The translations under genes and the position numbers were made by a program. DNA of 64,000 bases from Octopus sinensis (lineage: Eukaryota): positions 55,056,001 to 55,120,000 of the forward strand of contig NC_043003.1 in the NCBI RefSeq assembly GCF_006345805.1, in the 5' to 3' direction. The notes under the pieces were generated by a model that saw nothing but the letters and a program-made list of their open reading frames with translations, was not told where the DNA came from and made no database searches. Positions 26,359-39,954 of the stretch are shown here, piece by piece (positions within the stretch are counted from its first letter, which is position 1; each line of letters begins with the position of its first letter).

Positions 26359-29300
26359 TAATTAAAAAAATAAAAGTATATTTTTGTTAGTATGCAATTT
26401 AGAAAGCATAGGCGGTATGTCAAAAGAGTTTCCATATTAATTTTCGTTATAGGTTTCTTTGAACGAGAAAGGCATGAGACTAAACAGCGACATACAGAGG
26501 GAGTGTGTATCTCCCCTTGTTGTTGAATCCCATAAGGAGTCGAAATTTGAACGAAAACCGTACTATCTGTGATTTCATTAATATTTGACTCCTACAAATT
26601 TAAGACTCCTACAAACAAACTGAAATGTTGTAATTTTTTGCTTTCATATCCATGAACGTAGTCTATGGTTTCTTCTTTATCTCGATGCTATTTTTCTGGC
26701 GTACATAAAGTTTACAATCGCGAGCGTTGCTATCGAATGTACGGTACAAATGTCGTAGAGTGAATTTTGTTTATTGACTGCACAGACCGTTTGAAATATG
26801 AATGACTGATATTCTGAGAACCAATTTGAAAAATTTAATGTACGAAGTCGCGAATTCAATGATTGTACAGTGTATATCGTTATTACGAATATCTCTCTTT
26901 TACGTACCAGCTATTCTCGGCGTATGTTTTTATATCTGTTATTCTTAAATTTTCACTGCTGAATGTACGGTCTATGTTGATCCATATTTAAGACTTGAAA
27001 GTTTACGTGGTGGATCAGTGCAACTTTTCATACTATTACTGTGATTTCAGAAACTTCCCATTTCTATATCATTCTTCCTTGAAGTCATTCACACTCTTGT
27101 GGATGTTATTTGGATAGCGGTTACATTGAGCATACATGCTTCGCTTGTGTTTCTGCATACAAGTATTCCTATTAGCTCTGGCAAAATGGCGACAAAATTA
27201 TCAGAACTAGTTGAACACATCTTAACACTCTTCTACACAAGGTTCTTTGAAATTTGCAATTACTAAGAATATACCTGCTTATTAGATTGAGGGAAAATAG
27301 TTGTGATTAGAGCTGACGTATAAATGACATAGCAGAATAGTACAATATAACTTCCCTTCTTTTGTTATTATTAATTAGTGGAAGTGGCTCTCTGTGTATA
27401 TCTTGTATATTCAAGATATCTCTTCTATTTAAGAGTTCATTATTATAATCTGCAGCACGATTAAATTACTGTTGATCGGAAGTTATCCAGGCCATTCTTT
27501 CTAATGATATTAGCAGATAAATTCCTCAGAATAGAAGATGATTGGAGATTTATGGAAATACTGAAATATATATCACAGGGTTGTTTAAATGAATTAAATG
27601 TTCCTGAAATTAAACTAGTAGATATATTATTAAAAAAGATAATTAACTAGTATGTGTACTCACAATAGTAATGGTGAAATTGATCCATTCACCTTTATTG
27701 TATCGAGCTTACTAATTAGTGGCATATCTAATTAAGAATGTTTTCTCTTAGAGGTTAAAATTAATTGGCCAGCTACGTAAATACCTAGATGTGCAGGATT
27801 AAAATTAGTCGGAAGTGCATCTAAGATGAATAACCCAGTTGGATAGTAAACTTAATTGTAACCTGTAATAGAGACCGATACTAACTAATTACTGTTCAAA
27901 TGTTCTAAATTAGTACATTCAAAACTTCCAACCTCAAATGCTATGCGTGCATTTACTAGCAAATTTAAAGCACAGCGTAGGGATGTGCGGCTTTTAGCAA
28001 TTTTCCCAGGTTTCTTTAAACAAACTCAAATGAAATGAGGGGAAAATTTTAAATAAAGAACTAGGGAACACAAAAGTGTGTGCAACCTTTTACATTTGAA
28101 TAAAATGAACAACATACTGAAATTTTGTGTTGCAACTTCAGCTGCAATATTTTAAAGCTTCCTCTTCTTCATGTGCACTTTTTCAGTTCCAATTAATTAA
28201 GAAGGTTAATGCGCATGGAATGAGTAAAAAAATTAATTGTTTTACTTTTACCCGAAAATATAAAGTATATAAAAATGAGGAACCCTAGATGAAGGAGACA
28301 AATGCCAAATAAGCAACAGTTAATAAATTACATGCCACCTACATCGGTAACAAAGATACTTGCCAACCAGTTCGAAGGAAAAAGTGTTTAATCTCGATTA
28401 CATTCTCGAGAAGCACTTAGCGCTCATTGTAATCCTCCTCGTCTTAGCCAAGAAAGTTTTAATTATTTAAAACGATTTTAATACATTTTTAACATGGCGG
28501 AGAAATTGCTATAAAAACATATTTTCCCTACGAAGATCACTGCAGCAATGTATCCTTGATATGAACGGAATTATAATTGACGAGTGAAACACAAACCAAG
28601 CAGTAAGGGTCGATTGCATCGGGTACATAAACAAAGTCTATTTCTATACGAATCTTTGTAAAGTATCTAAATTTGCATTAAATTAAACTGGAAGGATTAA
28701 ACGATGTTTTCAAATATATAAAACGTGTGAACTACATGGATGTAAATTCTCTTTTCCTTTCCCATCAATAAATATGTGGAGCTCAAAATATACCTAATAT
28801 TTCTGTACAGGTTGCTTGTCAAAATGGAAAGAATTGTATTTCTTAAATCTGTGGGTAAATAGTCCTATTTCGGAAGCTGGAGTAAAGGTAAAATAAAAAA
28901 CGTGAAATTTTAGAAACAAGAATATTTTTCAGAATTTTAGTTGTTATCTGTAGCATGTCGAGGGACTACGTTTAGGTATCCGTCCATTCGAAAGATAGGT
29001 GGATAGGAATCCACGCATATATGAACGGTACTTTTATTTCTATTGTTAGGGTACGAAGTTCATTTAGAAAAAAAGAACTTGAAATTAAAAAAAAAATTTT
29101 TTAAGATATTTCTTTAGTATTTCAAGACGGTCGAACGACCATGTCGAGGCTTTCATGATTTCACCAGGTGGCTCGACAAACAACCATACATGCAGAAGTA
29201 CGCGGTCGAGTAGGCAATCTTCTGTAACGTTGGTACGTAAGCCGAGAGTGAAAGCAGTAAGATTTTCAAAAATGGGATATCTTGAAATACCTACCTACCT

Positions 29301-29416
29301 ACATACATACATACATATATACAAACAAATACACACACACACACAAGCATGTATATATGTATATATATATGTATCTGTGTATGTACGTATGTAAGTATAT
29401 ATATATATAATATATA

Positions 29417-29455
<39 letters not shown>

Positions 29456-29574
29456 TATATATAATTCATAAATGAGGGCAAAGAAAAAATTTCTAAAGCC
29501 AAATATGCCGAAAAATTGGACATTAACCATATAATGTTTTCACAAAACGCACGCTGCTCGAAAAGCTCCATTAT

Positions 29575-29632
29575 TACCATACCGGACCGATTTCAGAGTT
29601 AGCTACTAAGAGCCCTCTCTTCGTCAGTGATA
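29575..29632 (-). ncRNA. Type I hammerhead ribozyme, canonical core
   Basis: UAUCA-CUGACGA-AGAG(18 nt)CUCU-GAAA-UCGGUCCGG-UA-UGGUA; GUA site. Confidence 0.85.
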
Positions 29633-30069
29633 CATGTGGCAAGAGAAATAAATGAGATACTTACTCATACCCATGGAAGAAGCAAACACTAAGTCATGAG
29701 CACAATTAAGTACCCCAAATACATCCAAAATAGAAATACTGCAGCCCATTCAAGACACGTGCGATTTGAACTGATGCTCTCACAGAGTGAGATAGTCCGA
29801 AAGTGAACGCTTAAATTTATATCTCATGAGGATAAAATTTCTTTCAAAAAAAATATTTTTTCGAAAAAAATTTTATCAATGGCCAGCATATTAAAACGTA
29901 CCTTAAACAGTTAAATTTATAAACAATTCATAAATGAGGGCAAAGGAAAAAATTTCTAATGGCAAATATGCCGAAATATTGGACATATTGTCCATTAACC
30001 ATATAATTTTTTCACAAAACGCACGGTACTCGAAAAGAGGTCGACAGACATTTCTAAAAATTCCATTAT

Positions 30070-30127
30070 TACCATATCGGACCGATTTCAGAGTTAGCTA
30101 CTAAGAGCCCTCTCTTCGTCAGTGATA
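30070..30127 (-). ncRNA. Type I hammerhead ribozyme, canonical core
   Basis: UAUCA-CUGACGA-AGAG(18 nt)CUCU-GAAA-UCGGUCCGA-UA-UGGUA; stem III AUCGG/CCGAU; AUA site. Confidence 0.87.
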
Positions 30128-30289
30128 CATGTGGCAAGAGAAATAAATGAGATACTTACTCATACCCATGGAAGAAGCAAACACTAAGTCATGAGCACAA
30201 CTAAGTACCCCAAATACATCCAAAATAGAAATACTGCAGCCCATTCAAGAAACGTGCGATTTGAACTGAGGCTCTCACAGAGAGCCTCA

Positions 30290-30453
30290 GACCAACAGAA
30301 AAATAGTGAGAGACATTTGTCGCGAAAGAGTACAGCAGGGATCGCCACCACTCCCAGCCGGAGCCTCGTAGAGCTTTAGGCGTTTTCGCCCAATAAACAC
30401 TCACAACGCCGCGATTCTACGACCGTGAGACCGCTGTCCTAAACACTGGACCA
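30290..30453 (-). mobile_element. SINE family C, partial (B box deleted)
   Basis: ggagacgcaatggtccagtgtttagg...gcgttgtgagtgtttattgggcg. Confidence 0.75.
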
Positions 30454-30537
30454 TTGCGTCTCCTTATATATGTATGCATGTATGTATATAAGTATGTATA
30501 TATGTATATGTATGTTATATGTATGTATATCTGTATG

Positions 30538-30573
<36 letters not shown>

Positions 30574-30578
30574 TATAG

Positions 30579-30699
<121 letters not shown>

Positions 30700-30834
30700 A
30701 GATGTACTCGCATAGCAAGTAATTTGATCTGAGATCGTGTGCTGAAACGAAAACAATTGCAGCGTGGAAGGTGTTTATAAGCCATTTAAGAAACACACAA
30801 AAGCCGTTCGATTCACTTCAACATTTAAGTTTAA

Positions 30835-30883
30835 TTTGTCAAATATTTTCGTCGCTAAAATCCGCGACCTGTTCACTGACAAA
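30835..30883 (-). ncRNA. Hammerhead-like motif, G3-C8 variant (left arm)
   Basis: UUUGUCA-GUGAACA-G-GUCGC ggauuuua GCGAC-GAAA-AUAU-U-UGACAAA (1 nt shorter than the right arm). Confidence 0.65.
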
Positions 30884-30900
30884 GTCCGTGCAGCACGGAC

Positions 30901-30950
30901 TTTGTCAGTGAACGGTTCGCGGATTTTAGCGACGAAAATATTTTGACAAA
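30901..30950 (+). ncRNA. Hammerhead-like motif, G3-C8 variant (right arm)
   Basis: UUUGUCA-GUGAACG-GUUCGC..GCGAC-GAAA-AUAU-UU-UGACAAA; 7-bp stem I, palindromic AAUAUU stem III; mutated at A9 and stem II. Confidence 0.6.
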
Positions 30951-32071
30951 TTAAACTTAAATGTTGAAGTGAATCGAACGGCTTTTGTGTGTTTCTTAAA
31001 TGGCTTATAAACACCTTCCACGCTGCAATTGTATATATATATATATATATATATGATTGTATACATACTTATATGAAGGGAGAGAGAGAGAGCTATAGAT
31101 TGGGGCAATGAGAAATATGTCTAAAAGGTCTAATAATCACCTTCAAATTTGATGACATTGTGCTTCATTACATTTTTCCTTCTACTATACAGGTTCTGCA
31201 ATGTTTTCATTAGTAGATGTCTCTCTTTTTCGTTGTTGAAGACAGCTTAACTATACAAAATTTCCTTTTAAAATAGCAAAGATGATGATTGAAAAACGTT
31301 ATCTAGCGTTTCCCGACTTGACTACTCTTTGCCTTTTAAATTGCTATCTTTGTTTATTTTCTTTTCTTTTTGGTGAGCCAATTTGGCGGAGCTCACGTAA
31401 TTATCTGAGATCTTTCATTTAAGTGCAACTTATACAAGTATAATCCAGAAGTAAAGAAGTAATACTGAGTAAAAGTTCTAGCTATGTAATTACTCTCCAA
31501 TTTTTGAATACATATAATCGTAACTTTTTTTAATATTTTTAAGCAATCAATTATATATTAAAATTACATTAGGTATACTAGGTAAAAGAGGCCCTGAAAA
31601 AGCTAATGTTGGTGTCATGATGACAGTGTCGAACTCAAAATTAAGTATTACTGCTTCCGTATGATTTTATTTGCCCCGGATAACCATGAACATTGCGTTA
31701 TGTGCAGATACTGACGTGCTATACTTATTTCTTTCATGGAACATTCTTAGTTGCTTTTGTATAAGTATACAAAGTTTGATATAGTTATGTTCAGAAATGG
31801 CGCATTTTCCGAACATATAGATACTAACAAATGCATGCTTTGAAAAATTTTAGTCTTTACCGATTAAGAAACAGACGGCAGGCTGCATAGAAATTCCATT
31901 TCGCAACAAAGGCGCTATTAGTTTCATATAGCATTCTGCATATCTTGCATAACAAGGACTCTTGATCCTGGACGCTATAAAGAAGCAAAAATCTAGATAT
32001 AGCAATTCCTTACATAATGCTGATCACATTTCGTCTGCTATTCATATGCCCCTCTGCATTTGAATACTATT

Positions 32072-32427
32072 TTACTCTTTAAATTGTTTCAATCATTTTA
32101 CTGTTGCCATGCTGGAGCATCGTCTTTAGTCGAGTAAATCGAACCCAGGACTTATTCTTCGTAAGCCTAGTATTTATTCTATCGGTCGTTTTCCCGAACC
32201 GCTAGGTTACGGGGGCGTAAACACACCAGCATCGGTTGTCAAGCGATGTTGGTGAGACAAACACATACACATAAACATATACACAGACATGCACATATAT
32301 AGATATATACATATATACGACGGGCTTCTTTCAGATTCCGTCTGCCAAATCTACTCACAAGGCTTTGTTCAGCCCGAGGGTATAGTAGAAGACACTTGCC
32401 CAAGGTGCCACGCAATGGGACTGAACA
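32072..32427 (-). mobile_element. SINE family A
   Basis: Reverse complement of the family A body and tail. Confidence 0.9.
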
Positions 32428-32551
32428 CACATCTACACGAGATACTGTCTCTAGAAGAATATCGTAGTTCTGTAGCTTTCTGCAGTACACATATATACGT
32501 TAACTAATATATATAAATATGTATATATATACATACATATACATATACATA

Positions 32552-32613
<62 letters not shown>

Positions 32614-32617
<4 letters not shown>

Positions 32618-32805
32618 ATCCAAACAAGAAAGCACAAAAAACACAACAACGCGAGGACGTGGAACAATTAGAGTATTATTGGACGCTCAGGAAAGCAGGA
32701 AAGAAGGAGATTTTAACGTTTCGAGCGGAACTCTTCATCGGAATCATAGGAGAAGGAAAGATCCAGAGAAGGGAAGACAGAGGAAAAAAATCGCCAAAGG
32801 TACAC
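32614..32805 (-). mobile_element. Short PLE terminal-repeat copy (family of 49520-49814) with HHR motif 32711-32745
   Basis: CCGAUGA-A-GAGU ucc GCUC-GAAA-CG-UU; 3' end cttgtttggattaac(ta)n. Confidence 0.85.
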
Positions 32806-33759
32806 ATATTGAATGCTGTATTGAACTGACACTGATTTTTTCACTAATAACTAATATGTTTGTGAGTGAGTGTAAGTGTGAGAGATAGAGAGAATAACCA
32901 CAACATCGTTTCGTTAAATTAACATTGATCGCACATGTAGCGATTTTCGGAGATAGGAAGCCAATGTAAGGCAAATACCAAAATCTTTGTGCTTTGAGAG
33001 TGCATGTGTTTAAACGTACAAATGATACGATTCAACTCCTAATGATATATCATAACATATTAGAAGTGTTTCCAATTAAATATTCTATTGTATGAAGTAG
33101 GGGGTCCATAGTATTGTGTTAATTATTCAGAATTCATGCTCAATAATTGTATTGCGATTATGGTATACTGCAGATGTAATTATATTTTAAATAATGGAGT
33201 ATAAGGTAACGTGTCATATAATGAAATCTAATTTCTTGATAACATTAATTTCAGAATTTGTTAATATTAAATCTATATTAATTGGAAGTGCAGCTTCCTT
33301 TATTTGCATTATCTCCTTTAACATAGCAAAGTTTTAAGCACTTCCACCGATGCCTCATAAAAGAAAATCCTCTTCCCATATTAATCAGGTTTTGTTTAGC
33401 AGGACATATCTCATCTTGCTTATTAACATTAATCGTCAACCAACATTAGATAACAAAATCTGACGGTGGTTAGAGGGTTCTGGTGAAATGAATGGTAAAC
33501 ATTTAAAAAAACAAAATGAAAAAGAAATCTAACACGTCACATTCTTAAATTGTAAAGGAATCATGGCCAAATGAAGGAATTAAAGTAAAATGCTTAACCA
33601 GATATCATTTAGTATTATATACGCCTAAACATTTAAATGTGCGCACATTCGAAGGAATTCATATGTAGCATTCGTTCCCCTTTCTTTTCTTTTTTCCTCT
33701 TTTGTTTCTCTTTTGTTCTTTCCTTCTTTCTCCGTTTCTTTTTGTCTTTTATCTGCTTA

Positions 33760-33792
33760 TCTATCTATCTATCTGTCAGTCTGTCTGTCTGT

Positions 33793-33853
<61 letters not shown>

Positions 33854-33854
33854 C

Positions 33855-33896
<42 letters not shown>

Positions 33897-33943
33897 CTGT
33901 CTATCTATTTATTTATCTTTCTATCTGTCTATCTACCTATCTG

Positions 33944-34014
<71 letters not shown>

Positions 34015-34015
34015 G
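33760..34015. repeat. Compound (TCTA)n/(TC)n/(TA)n microsatellite
   Basis: Direct reading. Confidence 0.97.
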
Positions 34016-34125
34016 TCAACCAATTCAACTCTTTACTCACTGTCTCTGTCTAATATATACGCAAACATATACTTACGCACGCACACACATACACTCGCAC
34101 AGACATATATAATGCATATATACAT

Positions 34126-34159
<34 letters not shown>

Positions 34160-35128
34160 GAATAATAGAAAGAGAGAAAGAAAAATACATGTCTGTACAT
34201 AATTTAATTTTATAACGTGTCGTATTCAGCAACATTCAATTTCTCTAGACCTTACAGGGGCAAGCACATAATAGATATCTGGACAATAGATTTAGTAGAC
34301 AAATCAATACTTGAAATTGCATTAATCCGAAAAATTACTGAATGAAGAATTATACTCTGGAAAAGGAATTAATGCACAATTCCTAATACTAGGAATTTGA
34401 TAACCAAGTAATCAATTAAGAGTTGATATAATGTGCACAGTTATTCATTTCGAAATTACATAACGGGACATACTTATCAGTTTATGGCAACAAGTTTAAA
34501 AAAAAATCTAATCAAATATTCATTATGATATTACATAGAGTATAAGAACGAAAGATAAACGATGTATACGGAACGGATATTCGTGTGATTTGAGTTTCAC
34601 GGAGAACTTTGAGCATTTGCTTTGCATCGGAAGAAAATCACAAAATGGATTCCGAAAATGTGGATTTACATCACCGTATCCTGGTAGTGAATTCCGAATA
34701 AGATATCATATTCATTAAACCTGTGTATTTATAAGTTTTAGTTTCTAAATCGGGATTTACATTATAATTCCTAAATAGTTTTCAATGGGGCTTTATTTCG
34801 CATTTTAGATTAGGTGTTATAATCAGATTCATAATTGGTTTCCTAAACTTGCTTCGGCTTAATAATATCATGCATTCTTATATACATAAATAGCTCGTAT
34901 TATTATGCTGAAGTACCCTATGTTCGTACATGTATATGCATACTTATATAAGTGGGGGTTAATTGAATGTGAGTGCATTTAGTTGTGTGCACATTTATGA
35001 AACTATGGGCGTATGTACGCATGACCATTTATGTGAAAAAGCCTTGACTTTTAAGTATATACGTATATATCTTTACATGTCTTTCTAAACGCGTGTAAAT
35101 TTATGTGTCTATTGTGTGTGTGAGCGTA

Positions 35129-35184
<56 letters not shown>

Positions 35185-35590
35185 TGTGTGTGAATGTGTG
35201 TGCTTCCAGGTGTATATAAGCATACAGGTTGATAGTTTTAGTTGCTGATCTATAATATATTTATCTGTAGTACTAATCTGTGTCGGTTTCTGTTAGTCGT
35301 TTTCCTGAGAAGCTTTCTATGCATGCATGTATGTATGTATGTATGTATGTATGTATGTATGTATGTATGTATGTATGTATGTATGTATGTATGCATGTAT
35401 GTATGTATGTATATATGTATGTATGTATGTTTGTATGTATGTATGTATGTATTTATGAATGCATGTATATATTTATGTATTTATCTTTCTCTCTGTCTAT
35501 AAACGTATTAATATATGTATATATAACCGTAAATCCACCTAGCTTTCTATCTATTTATCTATGTATTCATCTCACTGTATATATATCTAA

Positions 35591-35675
<85 letters not shown>

Positions 35676-35967
35676 CTATATATATATATATTTAGATATA
35701 TATACAACGACCTCGAACCCACAAGAGTAAACAAGAGAGACAGAGACAGGCAGAAAGAGGAAAATGCCACTTGGATTTGAACACTATACAATATTATTTA
35801 AAAAAAATATTCTTTTAATTTTCCGAATTTAATTGTTTAATTGTTACAGTTGAAAATGTCACAATAACTGAAACAGGTATTGAAATGTTTTTTATAAAAT
35901 TATTTTAGCATTTTATAAAATTATTTTAGCATTTTCTATCTTGAATTTTTTCCATATATATATATAT

Positions 35968-36362
35968 AGGAGTGGATGTGTGGTAAGTAGCTTGCTTACC
36001 AACCACATGGTTTTGGGTTCAGTCCCACTGCATGGCACTTTGGGCAAGTGTCTTCTACTATAGCCTTGGGCCGACCAAAGTCTTGTAAGTGGATTTGGTA
36101 GACGGAAACTGAAAGAAGCCTGTCGTATATATGTATATGTATATATATATGTGTGTATTTGTGTGTCTGTATTTGTCCTCCTAACATCGCTCGACAACCG
36201 ATGCTGGTGTGTTTATGTCCCCGTAACTTAGCGGTTCGGCAAAAGAGACCGATAGAATAAGTACTAGGCTTACAAAGAATAAGTCCTGGGGTCGATTTGC
36301 TCGACTAAAGGCGGTGCTTCAGCATGGCCGCAGTCAAATAACTGAAACAAGTAAAAGAGTAA
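35968..36362 (+). mobile_element. SINE family A
   Basis: aggagtggatgtgtggtaagtagcttgc...ctgaaacaagtaaaagag. Confidence 0.92.
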
Positions 36363-38121
36363 AAGTGAGTAAAGAATATATGTATATATATATATTTATA
36401 TATCTATCTATCTATATATATATATATATATATATATTTCTTTATTTCTTATATATATATATGACGATAGATTGACATTTAGATAGAGATAGATAGAGAG
36501 AGAGAAAGAGGGAAGGAAAAAGAGAGAGAAAGAAAGAGAAAAAGAGATGGAAAGAGAGAGGGATATAGAGAGAAAGAGAGAGAATTCAAATGTAGTGAGT
36601 GTGAGAAGAAAATGCTTTATGATGAAAGGTGAATAGTTGTCCAAATTTCGCAGCCATTGCTGAAGCTGCAGAATTAAAGTTTGCGACAGAGGTTATATTT
36701 TATGTATAGAATATTAAATTAAACCATTACATGTAATTAGAGATCTACATCATTATATAAAGCTACGTGGAAGGCTATATAGCGTCTAATTATCAATTAT
36801 ATTAATGGTAGTAATAATATCAGCAATTATATTGGTTTCTAATATAGGTACAAGTTTACAATTTGTACTGAGAATGTTAGTCGTGTAACTCGTCCCAGTA
36901 CTTTTGGAACAAGAATTTTACGATCTTCTGATTGCATGATATTCGCTCCTACTGTTGTATAATCCATATCGTTCGGTTAAGAGTGTTTTGGGGTGGTTCT
37001 GTCCTGTATGACATTGAAGGGGATCTGACACTCGAAGGTTATTGAAGATTTTCCAGCTAAGGTTGCGAGACACGTAGTACTCAAATGTTCCGAATGGAAG
37101 ACGGATGGGAAGCAAAAAGTTTGAAAAATGTTTGCGTATGTGTTGATATGCTGAATTAAAGGTATGTAACTGCCATCAGTATACCATTATTCAACATCAA
37201 CCATTAAAAGTTACGCTTAGTGACATCGCATAAAACAACTTTTTCAAATGCTTCCATGAACGTACCTCCTCTGCCACATTTAAACTGGCTCCTGATGTAG
37301 TCCACCGCGTAGTTGCACAGTCCTGTCGCACGTTTGTGCACTATCTATACTATTCTGGCTGCAAGATAATGCATTCAGTCAAATCTTCTGTGTATATTAT
37401 CATGTGTTATACTAAGCTGATGATTCCTAAAAAGAATGAAATAGTAATATAAATGATTACTACGGGCTACAAAGTTTTAAATATTCGTTATAAATTAGCG
37501 AAAAATATAGAAAAGTGAAATATTTGTCGTATGTAAGCCTTTTACACTTACTCGTTAATTTGAAATTACAGTATTTGCCGGAGTTATGCATACATACATA
37601 CATATACATTTATATATATATATATATATATAGTTAAAAGAAGAAAAGAAGATGGAGATAATAAAGTTAGCAATAATTTATTATGAAAATATTGGTCATC
37701 TTCAGTCTTACCGCCGTTTGAATTAATACTCAATAATTTAATTACAAATTTTCACATTAAATTGCATTTATGTGATATGAGCATAATTTCATCAGAGCAA
37801 CCCCCCACCCCAAAAAAACAGATGTACTTTTGGATCTATCAATTCATTTCAAAAGATTCAATGCACAAATTTGTAACTAAATTGTTGACTATTGGTTGAA
37901 TCGGATATAAGAAGCGAAGATGTCGAATTTGTTAATAATAAATTATTTTTCTTTTCTTCTTTTACCTGGATATAAAAATATGTTCAATATATAACTATTA
38001 TTATAAAGCAATTTCATTCCCCAAAATACTAGGTATTGAACCACTATTTCCTTGGAGGCAACCCTCCCTTCACGAAGTTAGCATATCCAATTAAACATAT
38101 ATATATATATATATATATATG

Positions 38122-39108
38122 CAGATGTTGGACAAAATAATGGAAACACCAAGCATCATAGCATCACGATTTTCAAATTACTATAAAACCGTCAAAAGCT
38201 TGTTTATGTTTATGACTTTTGACTTATTATTAATGTTGCTTAATATGTTTTGCTAAAATTGCTGCTTTTTTCAGATATCATCAGAAAAAAGTTAATTCAA
38301 ATGCATTACAATGACAGATCTATCGGGCTTTCAAACAGGTCAAATTGTTGGTGTTCATATGGCAGGCGCTAGCGTAATGAAAACAGCCGAAATGTTTGAT
38401 GTATCAAGAAGTACTGTCTCGAAAGTAATGACAGCCCTTGAGAAAGAGGGAAGAACCACCTCGTCGAAACAAAACTCCGGAAGTAGACCAAAATTTTCTG
38501 ATAAGGACCGTCGGACTCTTAAGTGAATTGTTAGAAAGGAACACAAAGTACAGCTCCCAAAATTACTGCAGAGCTTAATGACCACCTCTAGAACCCAGTT
38601 CCAACAAAAGCTGTTTGCCGGGAGCTGAAGAAAGGACAAAATCCCTTTGGAAATAATTCAAAATATGTAGGTGTCCATACCTCGAAGAATTCAAGCTATA
38701 ATTCCTGCCATAGGTGGCCCTTTTTGTCACCCTTTTCAAGCCTAGCCAGGCTCATTGGCCCAGGTTTCTCGGCTTCTGTGGCGTATGTGTTCCCCCCAGC
38801 TGGACGGACGCCAGTCCATCGCAGCGCTACTCACGAAACAGGAAGAGAGAGTTAGAGAAAGTTGTGGCTAAAGAGCACAACAGTGGTCACCACCATTCCC
38901 TGCCGGACCCTCGTAGAGCTTTTACGTGTTTTAGCTCAATAAGCACACACAACGCCCGGTCTGGGAATCAAAACCGTGATCCTCGGACCGCGAGTCCGCT
39001 GCTCTAACCACTGGGCCATTGCGCCTCCACATAGGCGGTCCTACCCCATATTAAAATAAATTTGTTTTGAAATTTTAAGTTGTGTCCATTATTTTGTTCA
39101 ACCCTTCT
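38122..39108 (+). mobile_element. Internally deleted Tc1/mariner transposon
   Basis: TIRs tgttggacaaaataatggaaacac / gtgtccattattttgttcaaccc; N-terminal HTH MTDLSGFQTGQIVG...VSRSTVSKV; C-terminal IPLEIIQN..SIPRRIQAII..GGP; DDE domain missing. Confidence 0.88.
38722..39030 (-). mobile_element. SINE family C (V-domain-like block) inserted in the Tc1 with a 13-bp TSD
   Basis: cataggtggccct (38709-38721) vs cataggcggtcct (39030-39042); gcgatggactggcgtccgtccag. Confidence 0.9.
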
Positions 39109-39115
39109 ATATAAG

Positions 39116-39330
39116 TAATCAAAAAAGGAAGAAGAGGAGACAATAAAAAAGAACAACAAGGCTAGTGCGTGGTACATGCAAGGTATTAATAATACGCTCA
39201 GAGAAGGAAAGAAAGAGTGTTTTTTTTAAGTTTCGAGCAAGGATCTTTCTCGGAAACAGCAGACATAGGAAAGTCCAAAAGAAAAGCAAGAAGGAGGATA
39301 AAAATCGCCAACAGTCCATGTGTAGTTATA
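39116..39330 (-). mobile_element. Degenerate PLE terminal-repeat copy (family of 49520-49814)
   Basis: Aligns by eye with 32614-32805 and 50022-50225; HHR decayed. Confidence 0.7.
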
Positions 39331-39370
39331 TGTATGTATACACACAGACGCACACACAAACACACACACA

Positions 39371-39428
<58 letters not shown>

Positions 39429-39858
39429 ACACACATGAATATATATATTTTAGAAACAAACTTAGAAGTGGCGAAAGATTCTGTATTTTACAGAAAAGAA
39501 ACGCAGACTGGAACGTAGTAGTATATTGGGTTAATATCCTTAGAAGAAGGAAAAAATGGACAGCAATCTGCGTTCGAGGCTACGTTTAGTTTCCACAAAA
39601 TAACAACTTACTTCTACTAATGTTCTTACATTTCAAAATATATCATTTAGAATCATAAACGAAACCATACGTTTTTAGGGGACGCTTAGCGTAATGGCAT
39701 AAAGCTCTCAGAAGGAAGTGGTTCGATTTTCTGTAGCGGCTTCCTTGTGTCTTTTACCCGTCTTTTAAGATTATCAACCCGATTTTCTGAGCTGTTTCCA
39801 CCGCTATGCTGCTGCATTCGAGATCCCTTGCTTTTTGTAACACACAGGCACGCGCACA

Positions 39859-39902
<44 letters not shown>

Positions 39903-39906
39903 TACA

Positions 39907-39954
<48 letters not shown>

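Larger units (their letters stand above)
29463..30281 (-). mobile_element. Tandem repeat (~1.7 units, 495-nt period at the HHRs), one hammerhead per unit: candidate retrozyme
   Basis: Direct repeats 29463-29786 and 29925-30281; HHRs at 29575-29632 and 30070-30127; sense 3' end abuts (TA)n. Confidence 0.85.

Noticed and set aside
26660-27120. CpG-containing unique-looking stretch suspected to be a LINE relic (also 59960-60420)
   Set aside because: No RT or endonuclease motif could be read convincingly in any frame
27770-27850. Apparent AG...GT-bounded segment on the minus strand
   Set aside because: Stops in all three frames
30290-30453. Upstream SINE acting as Pol III promoter for the retrozyme tandem
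   Set aside because: This copy lacks its B box and has a T5 run before the repeat
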